In this document: positions 10,479 to 20,021 of the stretch, piece after piece
Layout of the letters: each line of letters starts with the position of its first letter
Numbering within the stretch: the stretch's first letter is position 1
Source of the DNA: an uncultured virus (IMG/VR IMGVR_UViG_3300046170_000428)
Lineage: Duplodnaviria; Heunggongvirae; Uroviricota; Caudoviricetes
DNA: 64,000 nt
Virus record (IMG/VR): IMGVR_UViG_3300046170_000428
Strand: one strand, 5' to 3'
Translations under genes and position numbers: made by a program
Notes under the pieces: generated by a model
The model's database searches: none
Told to the model about the DNA's origin: nothing
Seen by the model: only the letters and a program-made list of their open reading frames with translations

Positions 10479-11923
10479 ACTATGCAAACTTACATGTTGA
10501 ATGCGATTTTGGACAAGCCGCTGAAATAAAAGAATTCTTTTCATTTTATGTTCCTGGTTATAAATATATGCCAGCTTTTAGGCGTAGGATTTGGGATGGA
10601 AAAATTAGATTATTCGATTCGAATCGAGGCGAATTACCTGCAGGCTTAATCCATCATCTTATAAAATATATTGAAAGTCGTGGATATAATTATGAGTTAG
10701 TAAAGACTAAATATGGAACGCCCTTAGAGGAACAAAGGCCAGATCCAAAAGAGATTGTTGATTTTATCAAAACGTTAAATCTTCCGTTTAATCCACGTGA
10801 TTACCAATTTATTGCGATTATGGAAGCTTTACATCGTACGCGCGGAATTTTATTATCGCCTACAGGATCTGGTAAATCTTTAATAATTTATATTTTATTA
10901 CAGTATTATTTGCGAGTAATAAATGATAAAAAAGTATTAGTTATTGTACCTACAACTTCACTTGTAGAACAAATGTATTCTGATTTTATTCAATATGGTG
11001 GTGATAAAGAAGATATACATAGAATATATTCTGGAAAAGATAAGTCGTTTGAAGAATCTATTTGTGTAAGCACATGGCAATCGATTTATAAAATGCCAAA
11101 AGATTGGTACGATCAGTTTGGTATGGTTATTGGTGATGAATGTCATGGATTTAAATCTAAATCGTTAATGAATATCATGAATAAAGCAATAGAGGCTAAA
11201 TATCGATATGGCACAACTGGAACTTTAGATGGAACTCAAACTCATGAGTTAGTACTTCAAGGACTTTTTGGAAAAACATTTAAAGTTACTACTACTAAAA
11301 AGCTTCAAGACTCAGGAACTCTTGCTGAACTTAATATTAATAGACTTGTTCTTGATTATTCGGCAGATGCTAGACGAGAATGTGAGGCAAAAAATTATCA
11401 AGATGAAATTGAATATATTGTCACAAATGAAAAAAGAAATAAATTAATTCGTAATCTTTCTCTAGATCAAAAAGGAAATACACTCGTTTTATTTAATTTT
11501 GTCGAAAAACATGGTAAACCATTATTTGATATGATACAAGATAAAGCTGATGAAAATCGCAAAGTATTTTTTGTATCAGGAAATGTAGCTACATCAGATC
11601 GAGAAGCAATTCGTGGAATAGTTGAAAAGCAGAAAAACGCAATTATCGTTGCAAGTCTTGGAACTTTTAGTACTGGAATTAATATTAGAAACTTACACAA
11701 TATTATCTTTGCGAGTCCATCAAAGTCTCAAATTCGTGTTCTTCAAAGTATCGGGCGTGGTTTAAGAAAATCTGATAATAATGTTGCAACTACACTTTAT
11801 GATGTTATAGATAATATTAGTACAGATAATAAAAAGAATTTTGCATGGTTGCATGGCTTAGAAAGACTTCGAATCTATGAAAAAGAAAAATTTAAAACAA
11901 AAACATATAAGGTTTCATTGTGA
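10451..11923 (+). CDS. uvsW: RNA-DNA/DNA helicase UvsW
   Basis: SPTGSGKS, DECH, QSIGRGLR. Confidence 0.95.
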   Translation: MEAIRIRRLNYANLHVECDFGQAAEIKEFFSFYVPGYKYMPAFRRRIWDGKIRLFDSNRGELPAGLIHHLIKYIESRGYNYELVKTKYGTPLEEQRPDPKEIVDFIKTLNLPFNPRDYQFIAIMEALHRTRGILLSPTGSGKSLIIYILLQYYLRVINDKKVLVIVPTTSLVEQMYSDFIQYGGDKEDIHRIYSGKDKSFEESICVSTWQSIYKMPKDWYDQFGMVIGDECHGFKSKSLMNIMNKAIEAKYRYGTTGTLDGTQTHELVLQGLFGKTFKVTTTKKLQDSGTLAELNINRLVLDYSADARRECEAKNYQDEIEYIVTNEKRNKLIRNLSLDQKGNTLVLFNFVEKHGKPLFDMIQDKADENRKVFFVSGNVATSDREAIRGIVEKQKNAIIVASLGTFSTGINIRNLHNIIFASPSKSQIRVLQSIGRGLRKSDNNVATTLYDVIDNISTDNKKNFAWLHGLERLRIYEKEKFKTKTYKVSL

Positions 11924-12390
11924 GCACAAATTTTAAACAATTTAAATTAGTTAATGGCGATGAAATCGTTACTGATGTTATAGATTCAGAAGATGATATT
12001 CTTATTGTACGTGCGACTATGAGAATAGTAGAATTAGAAAATATGAATGAAGGATTTACTTATTTTTCACTTCGGCCTTTTGTTGCATTTCAAGACAGTT
12101 TGGATACTTTGCAACTTTTAAATACAGCAAGTATTGTTTTAGAATCAAGTCCATCACCTAGTATTATGAAACATTATGCAAATGCTGTTACAAAAATGAA
12201 TAAATTTTTAAAAGATGGTAAAACTTTAGAAGATTTAGAAGCTATGACAGATGATGAAATCCGTAAATATATGGAAAATTTGTTAGATAAATACGGTGAA
12301 GATATATCAAAAGATGTAGGAATTGACGAAGAAAAAGAAAAGTTAGGTCCTAACGTAATAAAATTTAATCCGAAAGATACTATGCACTAA
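11920..12390 (+). CDS. hypothetical protein (between uvsW and gp55)
   Basis: FKLVNGDEIV N-terminus; ends NVIKFNPKDTMH. Confidence 0.75.
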   Translation: MSTNFKQFKLVNGDEIVTDVIDSEDDILIVRATMRIVELENMNEGFTYFSLRPFVAFQDSLDTLQLLNTASIVLESSPSPSIMKHYANAVTKMNKFLKDGKTLEDLEAMTDDEIRKYMENLLDKYGEDISKDVGIDEEKEKLGPNVIKFNPKDTMH

Positions 12391-12425
12391 TAGGATATAT
12401 CTCTCCCCTCCAAATTACTTAATTT

Positions 12426-12454
12426 ATTATACCATGAATTTAGCGATTTGTACA
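12426..12454 (-). promoter_or_regulatory. minus-strand TGTACA-N17-TATAAT promoter
   Basis: ATTATA at 12426-31 and TGTACA at 12449-54 with a 17-bp spacer. Confidence 0.6.
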
Positions 12455-12509
12455 CAAAAAAATGATCAATTTACAAATTATATTTCCACACAAAAAGAAA
12501 AAATAAAGA

Positions 12510-12538
12510 TGTACTTTTACGTCTCCAAGTGATATAAT
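12510..12538 (+). promoter_or_regulatory. early/middle promoter TGTACT-N17-TATAAT
   Basis: Member of the recurrent promoter family; upstream of gp55. Confidence 0.75.
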
Positions 12539-12562
12539 ACTTATAATAATGAAGGAGCAATT

Positions 12563-13162
12563 ATGCGTCAAAAAAGAAAAAGCATTCATTACGTCAACAA
12601 TGCTGACTTCTCACAAGCAGTAGTCGATTATGTTAGAAACGTTAATGAAGCTAAAGAAAAAAAATATAATAGAATTCCAAAAGTTCCTGATTATGTAGCT
12701 CAATGTTTTTTACGTATTGCAGAGGGACTTTCACATAAAGTTAATTTTATTGGATATACGTATCGTGAAGAAATGGTTATGGATGCAGTCGAAAATTGTC
12801 TAAAAGCCATTAATAATTATGATATTGAAGCTGCAACAAGAACTGGCAAACCAAATGCATTTGCATATTTTACCCAAATTACATGGTATGCTTTTCTTCG
12901 AAGGATAGCAAAAGAAAAGAAACAACAATCAATTAAAACTAAATATATTGCTAATTCTGGTGTAGAAGATTTCATGATTGACGAAAATGGTGATGCAACT
13001 TCAGGTTTAGTTGCTGGTGCGTTTGTCGATACTCTTAAAACAAGAATCGAAAAAATTAGACATATTGATAACGAAATCAAAGTCTATAAAAAAGAAGAAG
13101 AAAAAAAGGCAAGGAAAAAAAGAACAGTACACGCTGATTCAGATTTGTCGGAGTTTTTATAA
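12563..13162 (+). CDS. 55: late sigma factor (gp55)
   Basis: HYVNN, NFIGYTYREEMVMDAVENC, NAFAYFTQI. Confidence 0.95.
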   Translation: MRQKRKSIHYVNNADFSQAVVDYVRNVNEAKEKKYNRIPKVPDYVAQCFLRIAEGLSHKVNFIGYTYREEMVMDAVENCLKAINNYDIEAATRTGKPNAFAYFTQITWYAFLRRIAKEKKQQSIKTKYIANSGVEDFMIDENGDATSGLVAGAFVDTLKTRIEKIRHIDNEIKVYKKEEEKKARKKRTVHADSDLSEFL

Positions 13163-13389
13163 TGACTGTAACATATATGACAGAAGGTTCACCTAAATCA
13201 TGGGACAAAAAATTAAGAACTTATGAAATAACTTATCCATTGGGTGAGAAAGTTATATGGAAAAACATAACAGCTAGAGAATGCTTAACTAAGTATGATG
13301 CTCACAATGCTATAAATGATTATCAATGCCAGTTAAGAGAGATAGGTGGTAAGGAATTGCAGATGATGAAAGTAATGGAAGATAAATGA
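13162..13389 (+). CDS. hypothetical protein (paralogue of 26861..27049)
   Basis: Overlaps both neighbours; RTYEI.P.G...WKNIT motif. Confidence 0.7.
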   Translation: MTVTYMTEGSPKSWDKKLRTYEITYPLGEKVIWKNITARECLTKYDAHNAINDYQCQLREIGGKELQMMKVMEDK

Positions 13390-14447
13390 AAATAGCAATA
13401 TTAAACGATACACATTGTGGCATTCGTAATTCGTCTCAAATATTTTTAGATAATTCTGCAGATTTTTACAAAAATGTTTTCTTTCCAGAGTGTGAAAAGC
13501 ACGGCGTAACCCAGATTGTACATCTTGGTGATTATTATGATAATCGTAAAGTAGTTAATATAAAGGCACTAAATCATAATCGAAAACACTTTTTAAATGA
13601 AATGCGTAAACGTGGCATGACAATGGACATAGTTCCGGGCAATCATGATACCTATTTTAAAAATACAAATGACATGAATAGCTTAAAAGAGCTTTTAGGT
13701 CACTTTATGAATGAAGTTAATATCATAATGGAACCAACTGTAATGGAATATGGTTCACTAAAAATGGCAATGTTACCGTGGATGTGTCAGGATAATTATG
13801 ACAAATCACTTGAGTTTATTACAAATTGCAAAGCTGATTGGCTAGGTGCACATCTTGAACTTAATGGTTTTGAAATGATGCGAGGAGTAAAAAATGTTCA
13901 TGGTATGTCAAAAGATATTTTTAATAAGTTTGAATTAGTATTGACCGGACATTATCATTGCCAATCAAGACAAGACAACGTTTGGTATCTTGGTTCACAA
14001 ATGGAATTCTTTTGGTCAGATGCACACGATCCAAAGTATTTTACAATTATTGATACTGAAACAAGGTCACTCGAACGCATTAAAAATACTTACACATTAT
14101 TTGAAAAAATAGTGTACAACGACAAAGAAACGTGTTATAATGATTATAATTTTAAAAAGCTAGACAAGAAGTTTGTTAAAGTCGTTGTAGTTGAAAGAAA
14201 CGATACCTTTGCATTTGATCAATTTATTGACAATATTCAAATGCAAAATATTTACGATCTTAAAATATCAGAAAACTTTAATGAATTTATTGGTGCTAAT
14301 GTAAATGATGAAGGTCTTCAAGTCGATGACACGCCTCAACTTATGGATGATTATGTTGATGGTGTTGATACCGATTTAGATAAAGACAAAATTAAATTGA
14401 TGATGAGAGACCTAATGACACAGGCTCAAGCACTGGAACTTGTATGA
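13386..14447 (+). CDS. 47: recombination endonuclease gp47 (Mre11/SbcD-like)
   Basis: DTHCG, HLGD, GNHD, GHYH metallophosphoesterase motifs. Confidence 0.95.
   Translation: MKIAILNDTHCGIRNSSQIFLDNSADFYKNVFFPECEKHGVTQIVHLGDYYDNRKVVNIKALNHNRKHFLNEMRKRGMTMDIVPGNHDTYFKNTNDMNSLKELLGHFMNEVNIIMEPTVMEYGSLKMAMLPWMCQDNYDKSLEFITNCKADWLGAHLELNGFEMMRGVKNVHGMSKDIFNKFELVLTGHYHCQSRQDNVWYLGSQMEFFWSDAHDPKYFTIIDTETRSLERIKNTYTLFEKIVYNDKETCYNDYNFKKLDKKFVKVVVVERNDTFAFDQFIDNIQMQNIYDLKISENFNEFIGANVNDEGLQVDDTPQLMDDYVDGVDTDLDKDKIKLMMRDLMTQAQALELV
14113..14141 (+). promoter_or_regulatory. internal TGTACA-N17-TATAAT promoter within gp47
   Basis: Exact motif and spacing. Confidence 0.6.
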
Positions 14448-16153
14448 TTAAATTCACAAAACTTAAATATAAAAACTTTTTATCTACCGGAAATAACTTT
14501 ACTGAAATCGATTTTACTAGACATAAGACAACATTAATTGTTGGTCAAAATGGTTCTGGTAAATCAACTATGTTAGATGCATTATCTTTTGCGCTTTTTG
14601 GTAAAGCACATAGAGATATTAGTAAAATGCAGCTTATTAACTCGATTAACCAAAAAGGTAGTCATGTTGAAGTCGAGTTTATTGTCGGCACTGCACAATT
14701 TAAAGTAGTACGTGGTGATAAACCATTTAAATTTGAAATCTATAAAAATGGTGAAATGATTAATCAATCATCTCACGCAAAAGAATATCAACGTATATTA
14801 GAACAGAATATTCTTAAATTAAATCATAAATCATTTCATCAAGTAGTTGTACTTGGTTCTTCTAATTTTACTCCTTTTATGCAATTACAAGCATATAAAA
14901 GACGTGCGGTTATTGAAGACCTACTTGATATTGGTGTATTTTCAAGAATGAATCAGATTCTCAAAGAGGAATCAAGTGTTATAAAAGATGAAATCAAAGA
15001 CATAAGTTATCAAATCGACCTCGTTAAAAATAAAGTAGAAACACAGAAAAAATATATTTCTGATGTATCTCTTTTGACAGAGGAGAATAGAAAAAATTAT
15101 GAATCTAGGGTATCTAAATCGCAGAATCTTATCGATGAATTACAGAATGAAAATAGTGAGCTTAGCCTCGGACTCGATGAATCTGTATCACAAGCTGAAC
15201 AGGGGTTACAACTGTTACAGAATAGAAAGCAGGACTTACTCCTCCGAAGTCAAGATCGGAAATCAAGTATTCGCGACCTCGAAAAGCGGATCAGCTTTTT
15301 TAATGAAAATGCAACGTGTCCTGTATGCGACCAAGCTATTTCAGACGACCATAAACATGAGATTCTCGAAACTACTAAAGGAGAAAAAGATCAGTCGAAG
15401 ACTGCGCTTAAGCAAATCGGCGTAGAAGGCCAAGGAGTGGAATCGGAAATTACAGAGCAAACTGGCGTACTTTCAACGCTTCGAGATCGAGTACATAAAC
15501 TTACTGCCAACTCACAAGAAATTTCACGACTTCAAAAAGATATATCTGATAATCAGAAGTTTTTAGAAAAAGATGTATCTGCAGATTTACAAAAAGCAAA
15601 TAACGATCTTGCAGATATTAAAGACGAATTACAAAATTATAACGATACTAAAATAAAGAAAAACGAAGAATACCAATATAAATTAGCGATTGCAGAAATG
15701 CTCAAAGATACTGGTATTAAGACTAAAATTATTAAACAATACTTGCCTGTCATGAATCAATTAATTAATCAATATTTGCAAGTATTAGATTTTTACGTAC
15801 ATTTTGATTTAGATGAAGAATTTAACGAAACCATCAAGTCTCGTCATAGAGATAACTTTGTATATGAATCATTTTCTGAAGGTGAAAAGCAAAGAATCGA
15901 TTTGGCTTTACTATTTACGTGGAGACAAATTGCTAAAATGAAGAACTCAGTTTCAACTAATTTACTTATGTTAGATGAAACATTTGATTCTTCACTAGAT
16001 CACGATGGTGTAGATAATCTAATTAAGATTCTTTATACGCTTGATGAAGATACTAATGTCTTTATCATATCGCACAAAGGTGAAATTCTTGACGGTAGAT
16101 TCGAAAACAAAATCGAGTTTATTAAAGAAAAGAATTTCTCAAGGATAAAATAG
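14444..16153 (+). CDS. 46: recombination ATPase gp46 (Rad50/SbcC-like)
   Basis: GQNGSGKS, CPVC hook, FSEGEK, LDE. Confidence 0.95.
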   Translation: MIKFTKLKYKNFLSTGNNFTEIDFTRHKTTLIVGQNGSGKSTMLDALSFALFGKAHRDISKMQLINSINQKGSHVEVEFIVGTAQFKVVRGDKPFKFEIYKNGEMINQSSHAKEYQRILEQNILKLNHKSFHQVVVLGSSNFTPFMQLQAYKRRAVIEDLLDIGVFSRMNQILKEESSVIKDEIKDISYQIDLVKNKVETQKKYISDVSLLTEENRKNYESRVSKSQNLIDELQNENSELSLGLDESVSQAEQGLQLLQNRKQDLLLRSQDRKSSIRDLEKRISFFNENATCPVCDQAISDDHKHEILETTKGEKDQSKTALKQIGVEGQGVESEITEQTGVLSTLRDRVHKLTANSQEISRLQKDISDNQKFLEKDVSADLQKANNDLADIKDELQNYNDTKIKKNEEYQYKLAIAEMLKDTGIKTKIIKQYLPVMNQLINQYLQVLDFYVHFDLDEEFNETIKSRHRDNFVYESFSEGEKQRIDLALLFTWRQIAKMKNSVSTNLLMLDETFDSSLDHDGVDNLIKILYTLDEDTNVFIISHKGEILDGRFENKIEFIKEKNFSRIK

Positions 16154-16156
16154 TTA

Positions 16157-16185
16157 TGTACAAACTATTAAAAACATGTTATAAT
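16157..16185 (+). promoter_or_regulatory. TGTACA-N17-TATAAT promoter
   Basis: Exact motif upstream of gp45. Confidence 0.8.
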
Positions 16186-16216
16186 ATACATATTATTCAA
16201 ACAACAGAGGTTTATT

Positions 16217-16894
16217 ATGGAACTAAGTGAAAATACTCTTAATGTCTTAAAAAATTATTCAGGCATTAATCCTAACATGATGATTCGTTCAGGTAATACA
16301 CTCAAAACTATTAGTGAAGCAAGGACTGTATTATCAACTGCAGTTGTTGATGCAAACTTCCCTAAAGATTTTGGTATTTATGATCTGAATGAATTCATGG
16401 GCGTTCTAAGTCTTGTTGACACACCACGTCTTAAATTTGAAGACGAATATGTGGTTGTTAATGATTCTACCGGACGATCAAAAGTAAAGTACTTCTATTC
16501 ATCAGAAGATACTTTAACAACACCGCAAAAAGATATCACAATGCCAGAAACTAATGTGAAGTTTGTTTTGACTAATGATACGTTGAATCGCCTTAAAAAA
16601 GCAGCTTCAACTCTTGGTCATAGTGAAATTTCTATTTCTGGAAAAGATGGCGTACTCAGTCTTTCTGTGGTTGATTCTCAAAACATGACATCAAATGCCT
16701 TCTCTATTGATATAGATGGAGAATTTGATAACGATGCCACGTTTAATTTTATTTTGAGTACAAATAACTTAAAGATTTTACCAGGTGATTATAATGTTGA
16801 AATCTCTAAGAAATTAATCTCGCAATTCAGTCATACTAGTCTAGACGTTAAGTATTGGATTGCACTTGAAAAAACATCTACCTTCGGAGCGTAA
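16217..16894 (+). CDS. 45: sliding clamp (gp45)
   Basis: LKNYSGIN, FGIYDLNEF, YWIALE. Confidence 0.95.
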   Translation: MELSENTLNVLKNYSGINPNMMIRSGNTLKTISEARTVLSTAVVDANFPKDFGIYDLNEFMGVLSLVDTPRLKFEDEYVVVNDSTGRSKVKYFYSSEDTLTTPQKDITMPETNVKFVLTNDTLNRLKKAASTLGHSEISISGKDGVLSLSVVDSQNMTSNAFSIDIDGEFDNDATFNFILSTNNLKILPGDYNVEISKKLISQFSHTSLDVKYWIALEKTSTFGA

Positions 16895-16897
16895 ATA

Positions 16898-17116
16898 ATG
16901 TCAGAAACTAAAACTCAGCTACGTGATGTATCAAATAGAACTGCTAGATCAATGATTGCAGTTATTGATGCAATGACTCAACGTGGTGCTATTAAAGGTG
17001 AAGAACTATCAACTATTGGTGGACTTCGCGATCAAGCTATACAGATTATTCAGTTATGTGAACAGGCAGAACAAGAAGATGCCATGGAACAAGCTGAAGC
17101 AGAATCTGATGCTTAA
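16898..17116 (+). CDS. hypothetical protein
   Basis: 72-aa ORF with GGAG RBS; VIDAMTQRGAIKGEEL. Confidence 0.75.
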   Translation: MSETKTQLRDVSNRTARSMIAVIDAMTQRGAIKGEELSTIGGLRDQAIQIIQLCEQAEQEDAMEQAEAESDA

Positions 17117-17196
17117 AGGGTCGTTACTTAATAAACGCGCGAGGGGTCATGGTTAATCCCTCACTTTTATTTTATTATGGAGAACGTGAATGTCAA

Positions 17197-18126
17197 ATGA
17201 CTTTTTTATGGGTCGAGAAATATCGACCACAAACAATCGAAGATTGCATATTATCAGTAGATCTTAAAACTACTTTTCATAAAATATTTCAATCTGGTGA
17301 TTTACCAAATATGCTGTTCAGTGGTACAGCCGGCACCGGTAAAACTACCGTTGCTAAAGCACTTTGTAATCTTATGAATCTAGATTGGATTATAATCAAC
17401 GGTTCTGAAGATGGCAATATCGATACCCTGCGTGGTAAAATTAAACAATTTGCTTCATCTATTTCGCTACAAGGTGGCGTTAAAGTTGTTATCTTAGACG
17501 AAGCAGATTATCTTAATCCACAGTCAACGCAACCGGCTCTTCGCGGTTTTATCGAAGAATTTTCAAATAATTGTAGATTCATTCTTACGTGTAATTTTAA
17601 GAATCGTATTATTCAACCATTACATTCTCGTTGCGGTGTATATGAGTTTAATACTTCTAAAAAAGACATGGCAATTCTCATGCAGCAAATGTTTGAGCGG
17701 TCATGTAGTATTCTTGATAAAGAAGGAGTTACTTATGATAAAAAAGACTTATTACCAATTATTTCAAAGCATGCGCCAGATTGGCGAAGAGTCCTCAATG
17801 AACTTCAAAGACGTGCTGTTTTGGGGAATATGGCTAGCGCTGTTTCTAGCTCTAGTGGTGGAACCATTGATCAATTGGTTACTCACTTAAAAGATAAAAA
17901 CTTTAAAGAAATGCGTAAGTGGGTTGTTAACAATATAGATACAGATGCAAGCGCGATATTTCGTGGTTTATACGATAATGCAAATACTTATATTGAGCCG
18001 CAATCAATTCCTCAATTGGTATTGATTCTTGCTGATTATCAATATAAACATGCATTTGTTGCAGACCATGAGCTGAATGTAGTTGCATGTTTAACGGAGG
18101 TTATGGCAAATGTCAAATTCAATTAA
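17197..18126 (+). CDS. 44: clamp loader large subunit (gp44)
   Basis: LWVEKYRP, GTAGTGKTT, DEAD; likely start is MTFLWVEKY. Confidence 0.95.
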   Translation: MTFLWVEKYRPQTIEDCILSVDLKTTFHKIFQSGDLPNMLFSGTAGTGKTTVAKALCNLMNLDWIIINGSEDGNIDTLRGKIKQFASSISLQGGVKVVILDEADYLNPQSTQPALRGFIEEFSNNCRFILTCNFKNRIIQPLHSRCGVYEFNTSKKDMAILMQQMFERSCSILDKEGVTYDKKDLLPIISKHAPDWRRVLNELQRRAVLGNMASAVSSSSGGTIDQLVTHLKDKNFKEMRKWVVNNIDTDASAIFRGLYDNANTYIEPQSIPQLVLILADYQYKHAFVADHELNVVACLTEVMANVKFN

Positions 18127-18409
18127 ATTAACGTTATATACTCAAGAAGATTGTTATTACTGCAACGAGATGAAAAAGAAACTCATAGAATGGGGCTATA
18201 CTTTCAGAGAGGTCAATGTAAGTTATGATTTATTCGCTAAAGAATTTTTAAAAAGTGAAGGTCATCGAACAGTTCCTCAGGTTTATTGGCATAATACGCA
18301 TTTAAATAAAATTTCAACATTAGAGCTTCAAAAAAGAGACATTGAAGCCGAACTTGATTATGACAATTATATCGGCGGAGTCGAAAATTGGAGTGTGAGT
18401 CGTAAATGA
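18110..18409 (+). CDS. glutaredoxin (NrdH-like)
   Basis: CYYC active site, TVPQ. Confidence 0.85.
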   Translation: MSNSIKLTLYTQEDCYYCNEMKKKLIEWGYTFREVNVSYDLFAKEFLKSEGHRTVPQVYWHNTHLNKISTLELQKRDIEAELDYDNYIGGVENWSVSRK

Positions 18410-18787
18410 ACCCATTTGAATTCGTAACTGATATAACGCATAATAAATCTAATATTATGGTTGATGATATTGCAGAAAAGGCATATCAACCATTTATGGT
18501 CAATCGAAGCTTATCATATTTTCATGATTGTGTTTTGATGGCAAATGAAATGAATATTAATCATCACTTAGATAAACGTTTACAATTTGATTTTTTGATA
18601 AATATAATTAGAAAAAAGAAACGTTTTTCAAAATGGGCAAAAGCCCAAAAGAGTGACGACATTGAAGTGATACAGGAATATTATGGCTATAGTAATGAAA
18701 AAAGCCCGCCAAATCCACTCCCTTCTATCGTTAGATCAAATTGATGAATTAAAAAAGAAGGTATATCGAGGTGGAAAAAGAAAATAA
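18406..18787 (+). CDS. 62: clamp loader small subunit (gp62), apparent single-base insertion near 18700
   Basis: FMVNRSLSYF, KKKRFSKW, YYGYSNEK; removing one base in the A-run restores ARQIHSLLSLDQIDELKKKVYRGGKRK*. Confidence 0.88.
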
Positions 18788-19187
18788 TATAGTCGAATGG
18801 ACAACTTCGTCAATGCTTGAAGTTATTTTAGAAGAGCCTGATGACTTTTTAAAAGTAAGAGAAACATTAACAAGAATTGGTGTAGCATCTAGAAAAGATA
18901 ATACGCTTTTCCAGTCATGTCATATTCTTCATAAACAAGGGCGATATTTTATCGTTCATTTTAAAGAATTATTTTTACTTGATGGAAAGAAAAGTAATTT
19001 AGAAGAAAATGACGTTGCTAGACGAAATACAATTGCCACTCTTATGAGTGACTGGGGATTGTTGAGTATTGATGATAAAGAAAAAGCGCAACCGTTAGCA
19101 CCATTAAGACAAATAAAGATTATTCCGTTTAAAGAGAAAAATAATTGGATTTTACAACCTAAATACAATATTGGAAATAAGTTGTAA
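18771..19187 (+). CDS. regA: translational repressor RegA
   Basis: DDFLKVRETLTRIG, QSCHILHKQGRYFIVHFKELF. Confidence 0.95.
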   Translation: MEKENNIVEWTTSSMLEVILEEPDDFLKVRETLTRIGVASRKDNTLFQSCHILHKQGRYFIVHFKELFLLDGKKSNLEENDVARRNTIATLMSDWGLLSIDDKEKAQPLAPLRQIKIIPFKEKNNWILQPKYNIGNKL

Positions 19188-19228
19188 AAAATACGATTGG
19201 AAGTCTCTAATCGTATATATAGTAGTGA

Positions 19229-19283
19229 ATGCCGATTAATCGGGTTCAATTTTAACCTTGCTAGTCAATAGGAGGCACATATG
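19229..19283 (+). promoter_or_regulatory. ROSE-like RNA thermometer in the hsp20 leader
   Basis: CCTTGCT (19256-62) can pair with SD AGGAGG (19270-75), leaving a bulged G; an upstream hairpin ccgattaatcgg is also present. Confidence 0.6.
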
Positions 19284-19691
19284 ACTGGAACACTCGCATT
19301 TCCGCGAAACGCATTTCTTGGTTTCGACCACCTTTTCGATCAATTGGAAAATATCCATTTACATTCGAAAGATACCTATCCACCACATAATGTAGTTAAA
19401 GAAGAAGATACTAAGTATACTTTAGAATTAGCTGTGGCTGGATTTAAAAAAGAACATATTGACATCGAAGTCAAAGATCATATCTTAACCATTAAGGGAG
19501 ATAGGCCTATGAGAAGAGATCAGAATATGTATGTTCATAAAGGTATTAGTGCTAGAAACTGGAGTAAGTCATTTAGACTGTCCGAATATACGGAGGTAGC
19601 CGGAGCAGATCTTACGGACGGAATCCTTACTGTCAACCTTGAAGTAGTCCTTCCAAAAGAGAAGCAGCCTCGTAAAATTAATTTAAATTAA
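19281..19691 (+). CDS. small heat-shock protein Hsp20 (IbpA-like)
   Basis: YPPHNVV, LELAVAGF, HKGISAR, DGILTV. Confidence 0.95.
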   Translation: MTGTLAFPRNAFLGFDHLFDQLENIHLHSKDTYPPHNVVKEEDTKYTLELAVAGFKKEHIDIEVKDHILTIKGDRPMRRDQNMYVHKGISARNWSKSFRLSEYTEVAGADLTDGILTVNLEVVLPKEKQPRKINLN

Positions 19692-19704
19692 CAACGAGGA
19701 TAAC

Positions 19705-19932
19705 ATGACAACTCTAACAGCAACTTATGCATATACATGTAAAGTTTGCGACGCAGTAGCGTCTTTCTTTAAAACAACAGTTAAAAAAATTCAATTCGGC
19801 TTGCAAATGTCAGCTAACAAACGTGTTGCACACGAATTGTGTTCTTTAGGTTTTTATCAGAATAAAGAATTTAAACAAATTCTTCAACAGATGAATGATA
19901 AAGCTATACAGGAATATTACGGTAATAAGTAA
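19705..19932 (+). CDS. hypothetical protein
   Basis: 75-aa ORF with GAGGA RBS. Confidence 0.7.
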   Translation: MTTLTATYAYTCKVCDAVASFFKTTVKKIQFGLQMSANKRVAHELCSLGFYQNKEFKQILQQMNDKAIQEYYGNK

Positions 19933-19979
19933 TGTGGCCTTATACTGAAGAAGAAAACGACTACTTATCAGATAAATAA
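19932..19979 (+). CDS. putative 15-aa peptide MWPYTEEENDYLSDK
   Basis: TAATG overlap with the upstream gene; ends just before a terminator. Confidence 0.4.
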   Translation: MWPYTEEENDYLSDK

Positions 19980-19981
19980 AG

Positions 19982-20007
19982 AAAGGGACAGCAATGTCCC
20001 TTTTATT
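19982..20007 (+). terminator. rho-independent terminator
   Basis: aaagggaca-gcaa-tgtccctttt. Confidence 0.85.
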
Positions 20008-20021
20008 CGATGGAGGATCTT

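Noticed and set aside
15099..15425. 108-aa alternative-frame ORF inside gp46
   Set aside because: No clear RBS or recognisable motif, and it lies within an essential gene. Other nested and antisense ORFs in the track were dismissed for the same reasons.
18690..18787. Frameshift in gp62 as a regulatory slippage site
   Set aside because: The gene is essential and deleting one A restores the expected C-terminus; most likely a homopolymer error.
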